Assembly: GCA_016839445.1 (NCBI GenBank)
Contig: JAEOUG010000125.1
Location: 1-36,139 of the forward strand
Source of the DNA: Candidatus Thorarchaeota archaeon
GTDB lineage: Archaea; Asgardarchaeota; Thorarchaeia; Thorarchaeales; Thorarchaeaceae
Length of the DNA stretch: 36,139 bases
Direction: 5' to 3'
The position numbers and the translations under genes were made by a program. The notes below the pieces were generated by a model, which was given only the letters and a program-made list of their open reading frames with translations, ran no database searches and had not been told where the DNA came from. Within the stretch, counting starts at the first letter, position 1, and each line of letters begins with the position of its first letter. This document shows positions 7,829 through 16,000 of this stretch, one piece after another.

Positions 7829-9622
7829 GTGATTCCACGCGGATGTCGCAGGTGCGTCTGGGAGGAGATTCAACTGCGCACCGGCATCACGATTCTGACG
7901 CTGATGTGTCTCACAGTTAGTCCTCTGCTTCTCCTGCCAATCAGCACTGACTACCAGGGTACCACGCCACCAGAACTCTGGCATTTCGACTTTGACTCCA
8001 ACAGCTACGGCGGAGCTGCAGTGGGAGATGTTGATGGAGATGGCAGATTGGAGATTGTCTTCGGGACGTACATGGGTGACGAGACTCTCTACGCTCTGAA
8101 TGCCGAAGATGGAAGCGTGGCATGGACCTACTGGGCTGGACCTGGCCCGCTCGATGCATCAGTCAGACTTGTCGACATCAATGACGACGGGAATCTCGAG
8201 GTGATTTTCGCTACATCAGGTTCATACACGAGTGGAGCAGGTGTCATGCACTGCCTCCACGGCTGCAACGGGACTCCAATCTGGCACTACAACCCACATA
8301 CGTGCACCGACTCCCCTCCGGCGTTAGCTGACATCGATAATGACTCCAAGTTGGAGGTCCTCTACGGAACATTCCACGACGGGGAAAGCGGTGGGTACGT
8401 GCACATACTCAATGCAGAGGACGGCAGCCTCGTAGATATCGCTGGTCCCTACAATGGTCACATTCAGTCAGGTCCTGCTGTTGTGGATCTAGACCTTGAC
8501 GGTCAGCTTGACTTCGTCATCACCATGTTCGGTGGGAACGACAGAATCTATGCAGTCAATGGCAGCGACTACTCAACAATGTGGAACTACTTGACAGGTG
8601 ACAGCATGTACCATACCTGTTCATTCTCCAATCTGGATGACGATGCCTTTCCCGAACTCGTGGTTGGCAACTATGATGGGTTTGTCTATGCTATCCATGG
8701 AGAGAATGGCTCTCTCTATTGGAAGTACGATGTGACCTATGCCTCCTACTGCACTTCAATTGCAGATGTCGACGGGGACTCTCTTCCTGAAGTCATCGCA
8801 TCAGGCACCTACGAAGTCACCGTAATCAACAATGATGGGTCACACCTCTGGCATAGGAGTGTGTTCGGCTCCTTCAGGGGCGCTGCCATGGCTGATGTCG
8901 ATGGAGATCAGGGCCTTGATGTCATCGTGGGAGGAGATGACGGGGTCTTGATGGCCCTTGATGGATCCTCAGGCTCCACACTCTGGTCTTTTGACGCCGC
9001 TAGCGACTACGGGCAGACACCGTTCCAGATGGATCATGCTCCGGTCATTGCCGACTTTGATGACGACCAGGATCTTGACATCTTCATCATAGGTGGTAGA
9101 GGATACTCAGGAGACCCAGAGAACAACTATGGACGTGCCTATGCGCTTGAGCTCTCTGATACTTCTGGTGCCGGCTGGACGATGTTCCATCATGACTACT
9201 GCAATAGCGGCGACTTCGACCATGACACACCAGGGCAGGTATACGGCTTCGTGGCGGATGCAAGCACGGGTTCTCCTATCGAGGGTGCTCTAGTTGAGAT
9301 TGGGTCGAAGAGCTGCGTGACTGATCAAGATGGGGTCTTCTGGATATCTCTAGACTGTGGTTCCTACTCTGCGAATGTAAGCTCAGATGGCTACCAGTCA
9401 GTATCTAGGGAACTAGCGGTTCTTGCTGGCCTCCTTCCTGATTCCAACTTCACACTCACACCCTCCTCTGCAGGGACCACTGACACGGGAACGAGCACTG
9501 GTTCCGCTACTGGTGGCACTGGTACTGGACCTGGCATTCTTGCACTTGGCGGGATTCTGGCTGGATCTGCCGCAGCTGGTGCCGTTGTCACACTCTGGTA
9601 CAGAAGAAGGAGCTATGACTAG
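7829..9622 (+). CDS. Cell-surface FG-GAP/PQQ-like beta-propeller protein with a carboxypeptidase-regulatory-like domain and C-terminal membrane anchor (true start probably slightly downstream)
   Basis: Seven D-x-D-x-D-G-x-x-(E/D)-type Ca-binding repeats alternating with YALN..DG...W; GFVADASTGSPIEGALV domain; Thr/Gly linker; TM helix followed by RRR. Confidence 0.85.
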   Translation: MIPRGCRRCVWEEIQLRTGITILTLMCLTVSPLLLLPISTDYQGTTPPELWHFDFDSNSYGGAAVGDVDGDGRLEIVFGTYMGDETLYALNAEDGSVAWTYWAGPGPLDASVRLVDINDDGNLEVIFATSGSYTSGAGVMHCLHGCNGTPIWHYNPHTCTDSPPALADIDNDSKLEVLYGTFHDGESGGYVHILNAEDGSLVDIAGPYNGHIQSGPAVVDLDLDGQLDFVITMFGGNDRIYAVNGSDYSTMWNYLTGDSMYHTCSFSNLDDDAFPELVVGNYDGFVYAIHGENGSLYWKYDVTYASYCTSIADVDGDSLPEVIASGTYEVTVINNDGSHLWHRSVFGSFRGAAMADVDGDQGLDVIVGGDDGVLMALDGSSGSTLWSFDAASDYGQTPFQMDHAPVIADFDDDQDLDIFIIGGRGYSGDPENNYGRAYALELSDTSGAGWTMFHHDYCNSGDFDHDTPGQVYGFVADASTGSPIEGALVEIGSKSCVTDQDGVFWISLDCGSYSANVSSDGYQSVSRELAVLAGLLPDSNFTLTPSSAGTTDTGTSTGSATGGTGTGPGILALGGILAGSAAAGAVVTLWYRRRSYD

Positions 9623-9751
9623 TCCTGTTCGCAGAAGTCATGACAAGAAGAGAGGTTGGGACCTGACTCGAGAATTCGTCTTCATGCTGCTTTCACAGCA
9701 CGTATCGCGTGGTAGGAGGGAGATTGAAGAACAAAGTAGTCGCTGAGTCAA

Positions 9752-9782
9752 GTCCTGAGTTCTCCGACTCGGGACCCGTTTT
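9752..9782 (+). terminator. Possible terminator hairpin
   Basis: GTCCTGAGTT-ctcc-GACTCGGGAC (10 bp, including 2 G-U pairs) followed by CCGTTTT. Confidence 0.35.
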
Positions 9783-9894
9783 AAGGATAATCATTTCGGC
9801 TAAAAATTCTAATCAGATTCATAGAAAATAACGTTACTAGTCGACGTTTCGTTCGACGAATCGCTTATCTTCGGGGTCTGCTCAGTGTGTTGTC

Positions 9895-10605
9895 ATGTCT
9901 GCTACCTATTCGTTCTTCGCGAGATACTACGATGCCATCTACTCAGAGAAGGACTACAAATCAGAGGTAGAGTCTCTTCACAAGACAATCCAGGCCCTCA
10001 AACGTTCAGAGGGCAATACACTGCTCGATGCGGCCTGTGGTACTGGAGGACACATCCAGTACTTCAGAAACTACTACAATGCAGCCGGCATGGACGCAAG
10101 CAAGGAGATGCTCGAAGTGGCGCGTGGGAAGTTTGGTGATGTGGACTTCTATCAGGCAAACATGACCGAGTTCGACCTGAATCGTCAGTTTGATGTTGTC
10201 ACCTGCCTCTTCGGTTCAATCAGCTACTTGATCACGAAGGAATCCCTCCACCGCGCCATCAAGTGCTTCTCTGACCACACTGTCAGAGGAGGACTCGTCA
10301 TCATTGAACCAGTATTCACTGCGGAGACCGTGCGGCCAAGCTCGATGGGTATCCGCTGCGTTGACGAAGCGGAATACAAGCTATCACGCGTCAGTTCAAG
10401 CAAGCGCGAAGGGGACGTTGTCTACCTCAACTTCCATTATCTTCTGGCTACACCCTCGGAAGTTGAGCACATATTCGATCCAAGTCCAATGGGTGTCTTC
10501 TCGAAGCATGACTTCGTGGATGGCATGAAGTCTGCAGGTTTCGAAGTCATCGGCGAAGAATCAGGTCTCTCAAAAGAAGCTATCTTCATCGGCATCAAGC
10601 CATGA
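9895..10605 (+). CDS. Class I SAM-dependent methyltransferase (TylM1/DesVI/CypM-like N-methyltransferase family)
   Basis: LLDAACGTGGH (motif I), GMDASKEML, FDVVTCLFGSISYL and GGLVIIEP. Confidence 0.88.
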   Translation: MSATYSFFARYYDAIYSEKDYKSEVESLHKTIQALKRSEGNTLLDAACGTGGHIQYFRNYYNAAGMDASKEMLEVARGKFGDVDFYQANMTEFDLNRQFDVVTCLFGSISYLITKESLHRAIKCFSDHTVRGGLVIIEPVFTAETVRPSSMGIRCVDEAEYKLSRVSSSKREGDVVYLNFHYLLATPSEVEHIFDPSPMGVFSKHDFVDGMKSAGFEVIGEESGLSKEAIFIGIKP

Positions 10606-10668
10606 ATGCCTGTTAGTCATATTGAGACCTATGGTGTCCACTAGGGGTGGGGCTCTGTGCTCTCCTGT

Positions 10669-11028
10669 TCAGTATCCCCACTCTTGGCCCAGTCGCTGGC
10701 GGTACCACCTCTGACCACGTTTGGTCAGGGAGTAGTCCTCACCTATCTTCTGAACAAGGTCCATGCTCTCCATGTTCTGGAGGACTCCAAAGAGCTTGTC
10801 CTCAGAAGCCCCTGTCATCTCACGAAGCCTCGAGAAGGTGAGTTTGCCATTCCGCTTAAGATGCTGAGCCACACTGTATTTACTGACCGCTCTGGTCTCG
10901 CTGCGGGTGATTATGTGACCGCAGTTTGTGCACAGAAGATCGCCCTTGTTGTCATCTCGAGCTACCTCCTTGCTGCCACAGATCGGACAGGGAGTCTTAG
11001 AGAATCTCAGTGAACTCCTGTGTGACAT
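10669..11028 (-). CDS. TFIIB-type zinc ribbon fused to a winged-helix domain
   Basis: CPICGSKEVARDDNKGDLLCTNCGHII, then HLKRNGKLTFSRLREMTG...LQNMESMDLV...YSLTKRG. TATA-like TTTTATC at about 11064-11070 on the minus strand. Confidence 0.8.
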   Translation of the reverse strand: MSHRSSLRFSKTPCPICGSKEVARDDNKGDLLCTNCGHIITRSETRAVSKYSVAQHLKRNGKLTFSRLREMTGASEDKLFGVLQNMESMDLVQKIGEDYSLTKRGQRWYRQRLGQEWGY

Positions 11029-11092
11029 AGGTTTTAACCAATTAACCCCTGACTGGGATACTAGATAAAAGTAACGAAGCGGTATAGATGTT

Positions 11093-11608
11093 TCAGGAGT
11101 CTACCTGTCCTTTTCGCCCGAGTTCTGCGAAGAAGCTCTCATAGTCCATCTCAAAAGACGACCGCTGGCCCAGTCTCACTTGCTTCTTGTCCGAGTCAAG
11201 CTCTACGTATCCATCCGTCTGAAGCTCTCGAAGATCTGCTAGTACACCCTTCAAGCCCTTCCTCCTGAACTTCTGAACTCTCTGAAGTGAGACCCATCCT
11301 CCTTCTTGGTAGGCAAGCGTGATGACAACAAGCAGTGTTGCCGCAAGCCTGTCAGGAAGTGGTGAACTTCCCTGTGCTGATCCAACATCCGCAACTGCGT
11401 CAAGATAGAATACCCCGTAGAGAGGGTTATGCTTGATTTGGAGCCCTAGCCGTGACAGATGCCTTGAGAGGGACCCTAGCTTCTTGAAGAGCAGAGGGCG
11501 TCCGACCTCATCAGGTAGGCCTAGGGCATCCAGCATATCCTCTACGCTGGCCCCAATGGGGTCTCCACTCCTGGTAAGGAGCTTCATCAGGATACCAAAC
11601 TCGTTCAT
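11093..11608 (-). CDS. KITE (tandem winged-helix) SMC accessory subunit, Nse1/Nse3/ScpB-like, without a RING domain
   Basis: WH-A: LSRHLSRLGLQIK...FYL. WH-B: LAATLLVVITLAY..GGWVS...LRELQTDGYV...VRLGQRSSFEM, which resembles the Nse1/MAGE LGxR..E motif. ATG 11608 has a GGAGG SD; the ORF is open from 11623. Confidence 0.7.
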   Translation of the reverse strand: MNEFGILMKLLTRSGDPIGASVEDMLDALGLPDEVGRPLLFKKLGSLSRHLSRLGLQIKHNPLYGVFYLDAVADVGSAQGSSPLPDRLAATLLVVITLAYQEGGWVSLQRVQKFRRKGLKGVLADLRELQTDGYVELDSDKKQVRLGQRSSFEMDYESFFAELGRKGQVDS

Positions 11609-11724
11609 GGGCTTGCCTCCCATTGTATACTAGCCACAAAAACCTGACTCGTGGCTGCCCAGTCCGCGCGCAAGATAGTAACAACAGGTGACTACTTACT
11701 GTGACCCTAATTTGTGGCTCCGCA

Positions 11725-11731
11725 TTATATA
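11725..11731 (+). promoter_or_regulatory. Putative TATA box for the micro-ORF array
   Basis: TTATATA ending 32 nt before the ATG at 11764. Confidence 0.55.
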
Positions 11732-11763
11732 CTGATTCTGAGTGGTGTATGTTGTGAACTATA

Positions 11764-11871
11764 ATGGCTCTAACAACCAACAATCCCAACACATCTGTGC
11801 TGAAGAACAAGACCGGCAAGGTTCAGTCAACTGATGCGCTTGCCTATGCCTACGCCACTGTGGTGAGGTGA
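11764..11871 (+). CDS. Micro-ORF 1 of the paralogous peptide array (35 aa, MALTTNNPNTSVLKNKTGKVQSTDALAYAYATVVR)
   Basis: Translated by hand. Lies downstream of the TATA-like box, is similar to micro-ORFs 3 and 4, and its stop lies within the GAGGTGA SD of the next ORF. Confidence 0.7.
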   Translation: MALTTNNPNTSVLKNKTGKVQSTDALAYAYATVVR

Positions 11872-11876
11872 ACTGA

Positions 11877-11993
11877 ATGATGCTGTGCCATCGTGAAGTC
11901 AGTACTCTGCATGTTGACCTCGCTGTTGTCCAGCGTGGCCACGTTGTGGTCAGAGAAGCGGTCAGGAGTATGCAGAATCAGCATATCCTGTGA
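11877..11993 (+). CDS. Micro-ORF 2 of the array (38 aa, MMLCHREVSTLHVDLAVVQRGHVVVREAVRSMQNQHIL), the most divergent member
   Basis: GAGGTGA SD at 11865-11871. GHVVVREAV aligns without gaps to GKVQSTDAL of ORF 1. Confidence 0.5.
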   Translation: MMLCHREVSTLHVDLAVVQRGHVVVREAVRSMQNQHIL

Positions 11994-12021
11994 CCACCCT
12001 ATGTATGGAGTGAAGTTGACA

Positions 12022-12132
12022 ATGATGTCGCAAGTATCTGGAACCTACCCAATATCGGTGACAAGAGAGAACAAGTCAGTTAGGGTGCACTCTCGCCCCC
12101 TGGCCTACGCAAACCTAACGGAGTCGAGGTGA
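12022..12132 (+). CDS. Micro-ORF 3 of the array (36 aa, MMSQVSGTYPISVTRENKSVRVHSRPLAYANLTESR)
   Basis: GGAGTGA SD at 12007-12013. Shares SV...NK..(K/R)V.S...LAYA..T..R with ORF 1. It is the 3' part of the 11893-12132 ORF in the supplied track. Confidence 0.7.
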   Translation: MMSQVSGTYPISVTRENKSVRVHSRPLAYANLTESR

Positions 12133-12136
12133 TAAT

Positions 12137-12235
12137 ATGGCGCTTGCTAAGATTGAAGCAGATCCCCGAGTCTTCACGAAGCCGCACAAGGTGATTTCTA
12201 CAGAGGCAATCACTCGTGCATACTTCAGGAAGTAG
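12137..12235 (+). CDS. Micro-ORF 4 of the array (32 aa, MALAKIEADPRVFTKPHKVISTEAITRAYFRK)
   Basis: GAGGTGA SD at 12126-12132. Shares the MAL start and KV.ST(D/E)A(L/I)..AY with ORF 1. Confidence 0.7.
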   Translation: MALAKIEADPRVFTKPHKVISTEAITRAYFRK

Positions 12236-12284
12236 AGGACTTGGAGGACAGTCTCAGGTTATTCAATTTCCGTCTCCTCTCATG

Positions 12285-12317
12285 ATCCTTGCCTGCACTC
12301 AGCACGCAGGCTGGGAT
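12285..12317. terminator. Hairpin between the convergent peptide array and kleisin gene
   Basis: ATCCTtGCCTGC (12285-12296) pairs with GCAGGCtGGGAT (12306-12317). Confidence 0.35.
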
Positions 12318-12391
12318 TGGAGTTGATGTTCTAGAGCCAAAGAACTCACTCGTGAGGATTGGCAGGGCCCCAAAATGGGTCGTGCCGGTCC

Positions 12392-13033
12392 TCACACCTT
12401 CTTCTTGGACACTAACTCGGTTTCGGGGTCATACTCTAGAAGACCACGAGAAACCAACACGATCACAAACAGGAATCTCTTGAGAAACAAATCGAAATCA
12501 TCGGTGTCAATCAGTTCCTCCAATGGTATCGATTCACGTTCTGGAACAGACCTCAGGAACTCCATGAGATCATCAAGAAAGATGGAGTCCTCGGTCTCAA
12601 TCGTATATCCGTTGGGCACTCCAGACATCTGAGGTATCTGTTCCTCTGTTTCTGCTCTCGCCATGGCCTCCAACAGATTGCCGACTCGTGTCAATGACTC
12701 GTCAAGAGATGTCCTCTCTAGGTGCCTAAACACAACCGGCTGGTGGATTGCCAGCATACTCGCTAGTCTTCGAGGAGGCAGTTCTCGAATGCGTTCCACG
12801 TAGAGCTCTGGTGACGCAAGTATTCTGGCGAGCTCTTGTACTCTGTTCACCTTGAGGCCAAGAATCTCGTTGAGCATCTCGTCAATGTCCAGCCGACTGC
12901 CAACTTCCGCTGCCATATCTCGCAGATTCTGGTAGGACTCAGTCAGGCGAAACTCGAGTGGGTCAATCTCCCCGGCCCTTATCTGCTCTGCAACCTCCAG
13001 AACTCGTTCCGCAAGATCCGTAGCTCCAGTCAT
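12392..13033 (-). CDS. Kleisin (ScpA/Nse4-like) subunit of an SMC complex
   Basis: N-terminal GEIDPLEFRL...LNEILGLKVNRV helical domain. C-terminal WH IPLEELI......FLKRFLFVIVLVSRGLLEY. Directly follows the SMC gene; likely ATG at 13033, ORF open from 13090. Confidence 0.75.
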   Translation of the reverse strand: MTGATDLAERVLEVAEQIRAGEIDPLEFRLTESYQNLRDMAAEVGSRLDIDEMLNEILGLKVNRVQELARILASPELYVERIRELPPRRLASMLAIHQPVVFRHLERTSLDESLTRVGNLLEAMARAETEEQIPQMSGVPNGYTIETEDSIFLDDLMEFLRSVPERESIPLEELIDTDDFDLFLKRFLFVIVLVSRGLLEYDPETELVSKKKV

Positions 13034-13043
13034 AGGGTTCACC

Positions 13044-16000
13044 TCACTGAGCCTTGAAAGAGGGACTTTCAATGATAACCGAGGGCTCAACGCCGTTCGG
13101 GGCTACGACTCCAAGTATCTTGTCAGCGTGTTTTAGCAGATGTGTGCTCTTCGCAGGAGTCAGTAGAATGAACTGGCTTCTCCTTGACGCATCATGGAAC
13201 AGCCTGCTAACCAGTTCTGTGTTGGTTGCATCTAGGAAGGTGTCAACCTCGTCCATTACATAAACTGGAGCTGGGTTGAACCTCTGTAGCGCAAGTATGA
13301 GCCCAATCGCGATCAGAGACCGTTCGCCTCCTGATCCTGCACTCAGTTCTCCGTAACCCTCTGTCTTGATTCTTGTCCTGAACAAAACACCGTACTCCCC
13401 ATCGTGCTTCTCAAGCTTGAACCTCACACTGCCCGGGAACTTGACGGTGCTCAGGATGCGGTTGACCTCTCCCTCGACCTCATCCAATGCCTTGTTCATG
13501 CCGTCAAGGTACTGATCCCTGATGTCCTTGACTGTAGCTTCCGCCTCGTCGAGTTCCTCAGAGAGCTCGGCCACGCGTTGCGAGAGCTCTCCCAGCCGGT
13601 CCTTCAGTCTTGATTCAGTGAGGGCGACATTCTCGGAGATGTCTTGGTAGTCATCTAGGATGTGACGAAGTCTGATTAGTTCGTCGCGAACCGTCTCGAG
13701 GTTTCTGATTCCGTCAGGCCTTGTCAGTCCCTCTAGCTGCGATGAGAGACTGTCAAGCTCGTACTGCAGGTTGGTCATTTGCCGCTTTGCCTGCACGATC
13801 TGAAGTCTTCGGTCCTTGACTGTGACATTGAGCTCTACAAGCCTCTGGCTTAGTTCTTTCAATGTCTGTGAGGTCACCTGTATCTCCTCCCTGAGTGCAC
13901 TGCGCCGATTGAGAAGCTCAGCACGGCTCTCCTTGAGTTGCTCTATTACCTCAAGGTGTTCTGATGCACTATCTCTTGCAGCCCTGATTTCCTCGCGAAG
14001 TTCTGTTATTCTCTCAGACAGCATTGTTTCATTCTCGGTGGCCTTCTTGAGCTCTACACGCTTCTGTTGCTCGTCTCTTCTGGCGAATTCGAGGCGCCTC
14101 TCCAGCTTGGAGAGGTCTCCTTGATGTTTCCTCAGCTTGATCTTCAGGGCAGAGTCTTGGCCAACCAAACGGCTCCTCTCTGGAGGCTGTGTGCTGTCAA
14201 GCTTCCTTAGCTCTCTCTCAGCTGACCCAAGATCCTTCTGGAGTCCCTTGAGTTCCTCATCTAAGACAGCAATCCGTTCCTGAAGGTTCGGAATGCTAGA
14301 TAGAAGGCTCTTCCTCTTCTCCCAGGTGGCACTCCAACGCGTGATTTGGCTGAGCAGATTCACAGTCTCCTCTCTCTCTGACGTGAGCTTCTCAATCTCA
14401 CTGATTACCTCGGTGGCACGGCTTCTCGAAGCTGTCAGGCTGGTTTCAGCACTTGCCAGTCTCGATGAGAGTGGGGTTGTTGAGATGATTCCTGTCGGGT
14501 CGCTTCTCGGATTGCTGACAACCTTCGTATCATCGGGGATGATGACATGGCCGTCCTGCGATACTGCTGGCAGTCCCTTCTTCTTTGCAGCCCTTAGAGC
14601 TGTCTTCGCGTCCTCTGTGAAAGCGAAGTTCCCCAGGACGGCAGACAGGACCTTCTTGCTCTCTTCGTCCATTCCAAGTACATCCCACAGCCACCCGAGG
14701 ACTCCCTTCAGCTGTGGAATCTCCTTTTCCTCACTATCCTGGTGTTCTTTGATGAGTATCACTGGGCTAGGAGCCTTGGCTTTGTCGCGTATCTTCTGGA
14801 TGAGCTGGAAATCAGATTCATCAGTGGTCACGAAGGCAAAGGCCATGTTTCCAGATAGCAGGGCCTCTATGGGCGTTGAGTGCTCCTCCTTGCCAGTGAA
14901 CATCTCCAGCAGAGGACCGGTGGAGGAGGCAATGCCGTGCTCAGCAATCGCCGCCTTGACTTCCCTCACTGATATTGGTATCCTTTCCGAAGCCTCCGAG
15001 AGCTTGGTCTTGATTTCATCAATCTCCTTTTGGAGCTGAGAAGATGTGCTGCTTGCCCTGAATCTCTCCTCATTCAGAGATGCTATCTTCCTCTCAAGCT
15101 GGGCCTTCGTTGCAGCCAGCTGCTTCTCGTCTGCAGCTTCCATCGAGTCCCAGAGATGAGAGGACTTGCTTTCAATCGAGTGCAATTCTGCCTCTTCGAT
15201 CTGCATTCGCTCACGAACGCTTCTCATGAGAAGGTCCTTTCCCTCGATCTCTGCCTGAAGTGTTCTATACGCTCCATGTGCCTCAGAGCGTTTTGCGTTC
15301 CACTCTGCGAATGCAGTAAGGTCTTCCCGAATCTTTGAACGTTCTTCCTCTACTCCCTGAATCTCCCTCTCCAACCCCCGACTCTCTTCGAGATGCTGCT
15401 CGATTGTGGCAGAGATGCGGTCAAGGTCGCTCTTCGACCGTTCTCTCTTGTCCCTGTCTTTCTTGAGTTCTCCCTCGAGAAGTCTCATCTCTGCGACTTG
15501 CTTCTTCGTTTCGCCTTGCGACTTCTCAAGGTCTTTCTCTCGCTGTTCCAGAGTAGCATCCAGATGACCAATCTCTTTCTGCATACCCTCAAGCGAACTT
15601 CGGGCAGAGCTCTCTTCAACCTCTCTCTCCTTGATCTGGGATTCGATGCTCCCCTGCTCTTCCAGAATGTCGATAATGCCTGCCTCACGTTCGTCTATCT
15701 CCGCTTTGGCCTCCTCGACTCTCTTGGTAAGATCGCTCTGTCTTGCCCATCTGAGCTCAGTTTCGAGGTTGCTCTCCTGCTGCTGCAAGTCGCGCTTCCT
15801 CTGGAGCCGGGTGAGGTCTCCCTGCAGAAGCTGGATCTCACGTTCGACAGATCTTGACTCTGTGAGCGCGCTCTCAAGCCGTATGCGACTCTGAGCCACC
15901 TCGGTCTCTTGGAGAGTGATACGGTTACGTAGTTTGTCGAGGCCTGTACCCTCCTCGACAAGCCTGCGGACCTCCTGCGGGTCCATCTCGCGCAGTGCAT

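Noticed and set aside
11511-11819. 102-aa minus-strand ORF as an extra SMC subunit
   Set aside because: It overlaps the KITE gene out of frame and micro-ORF 1 antisense, spans the promoter region, and has no recognisable motif.
11893-12132. 79-aa ORF in the supplied track as a single gene
   Set aside because: Its GTG start has no SD and overlaps micro-ORF 2. The SD-preceded ATG at 12022 gives a 36-aa peptide matching the size and motif of its neighbours.
11764-12235. Array as a CRISPR array or DNA tandem repeat
   Set aside because: There are no identical nucleotide repeats; the similarity is at the amino-acid level.
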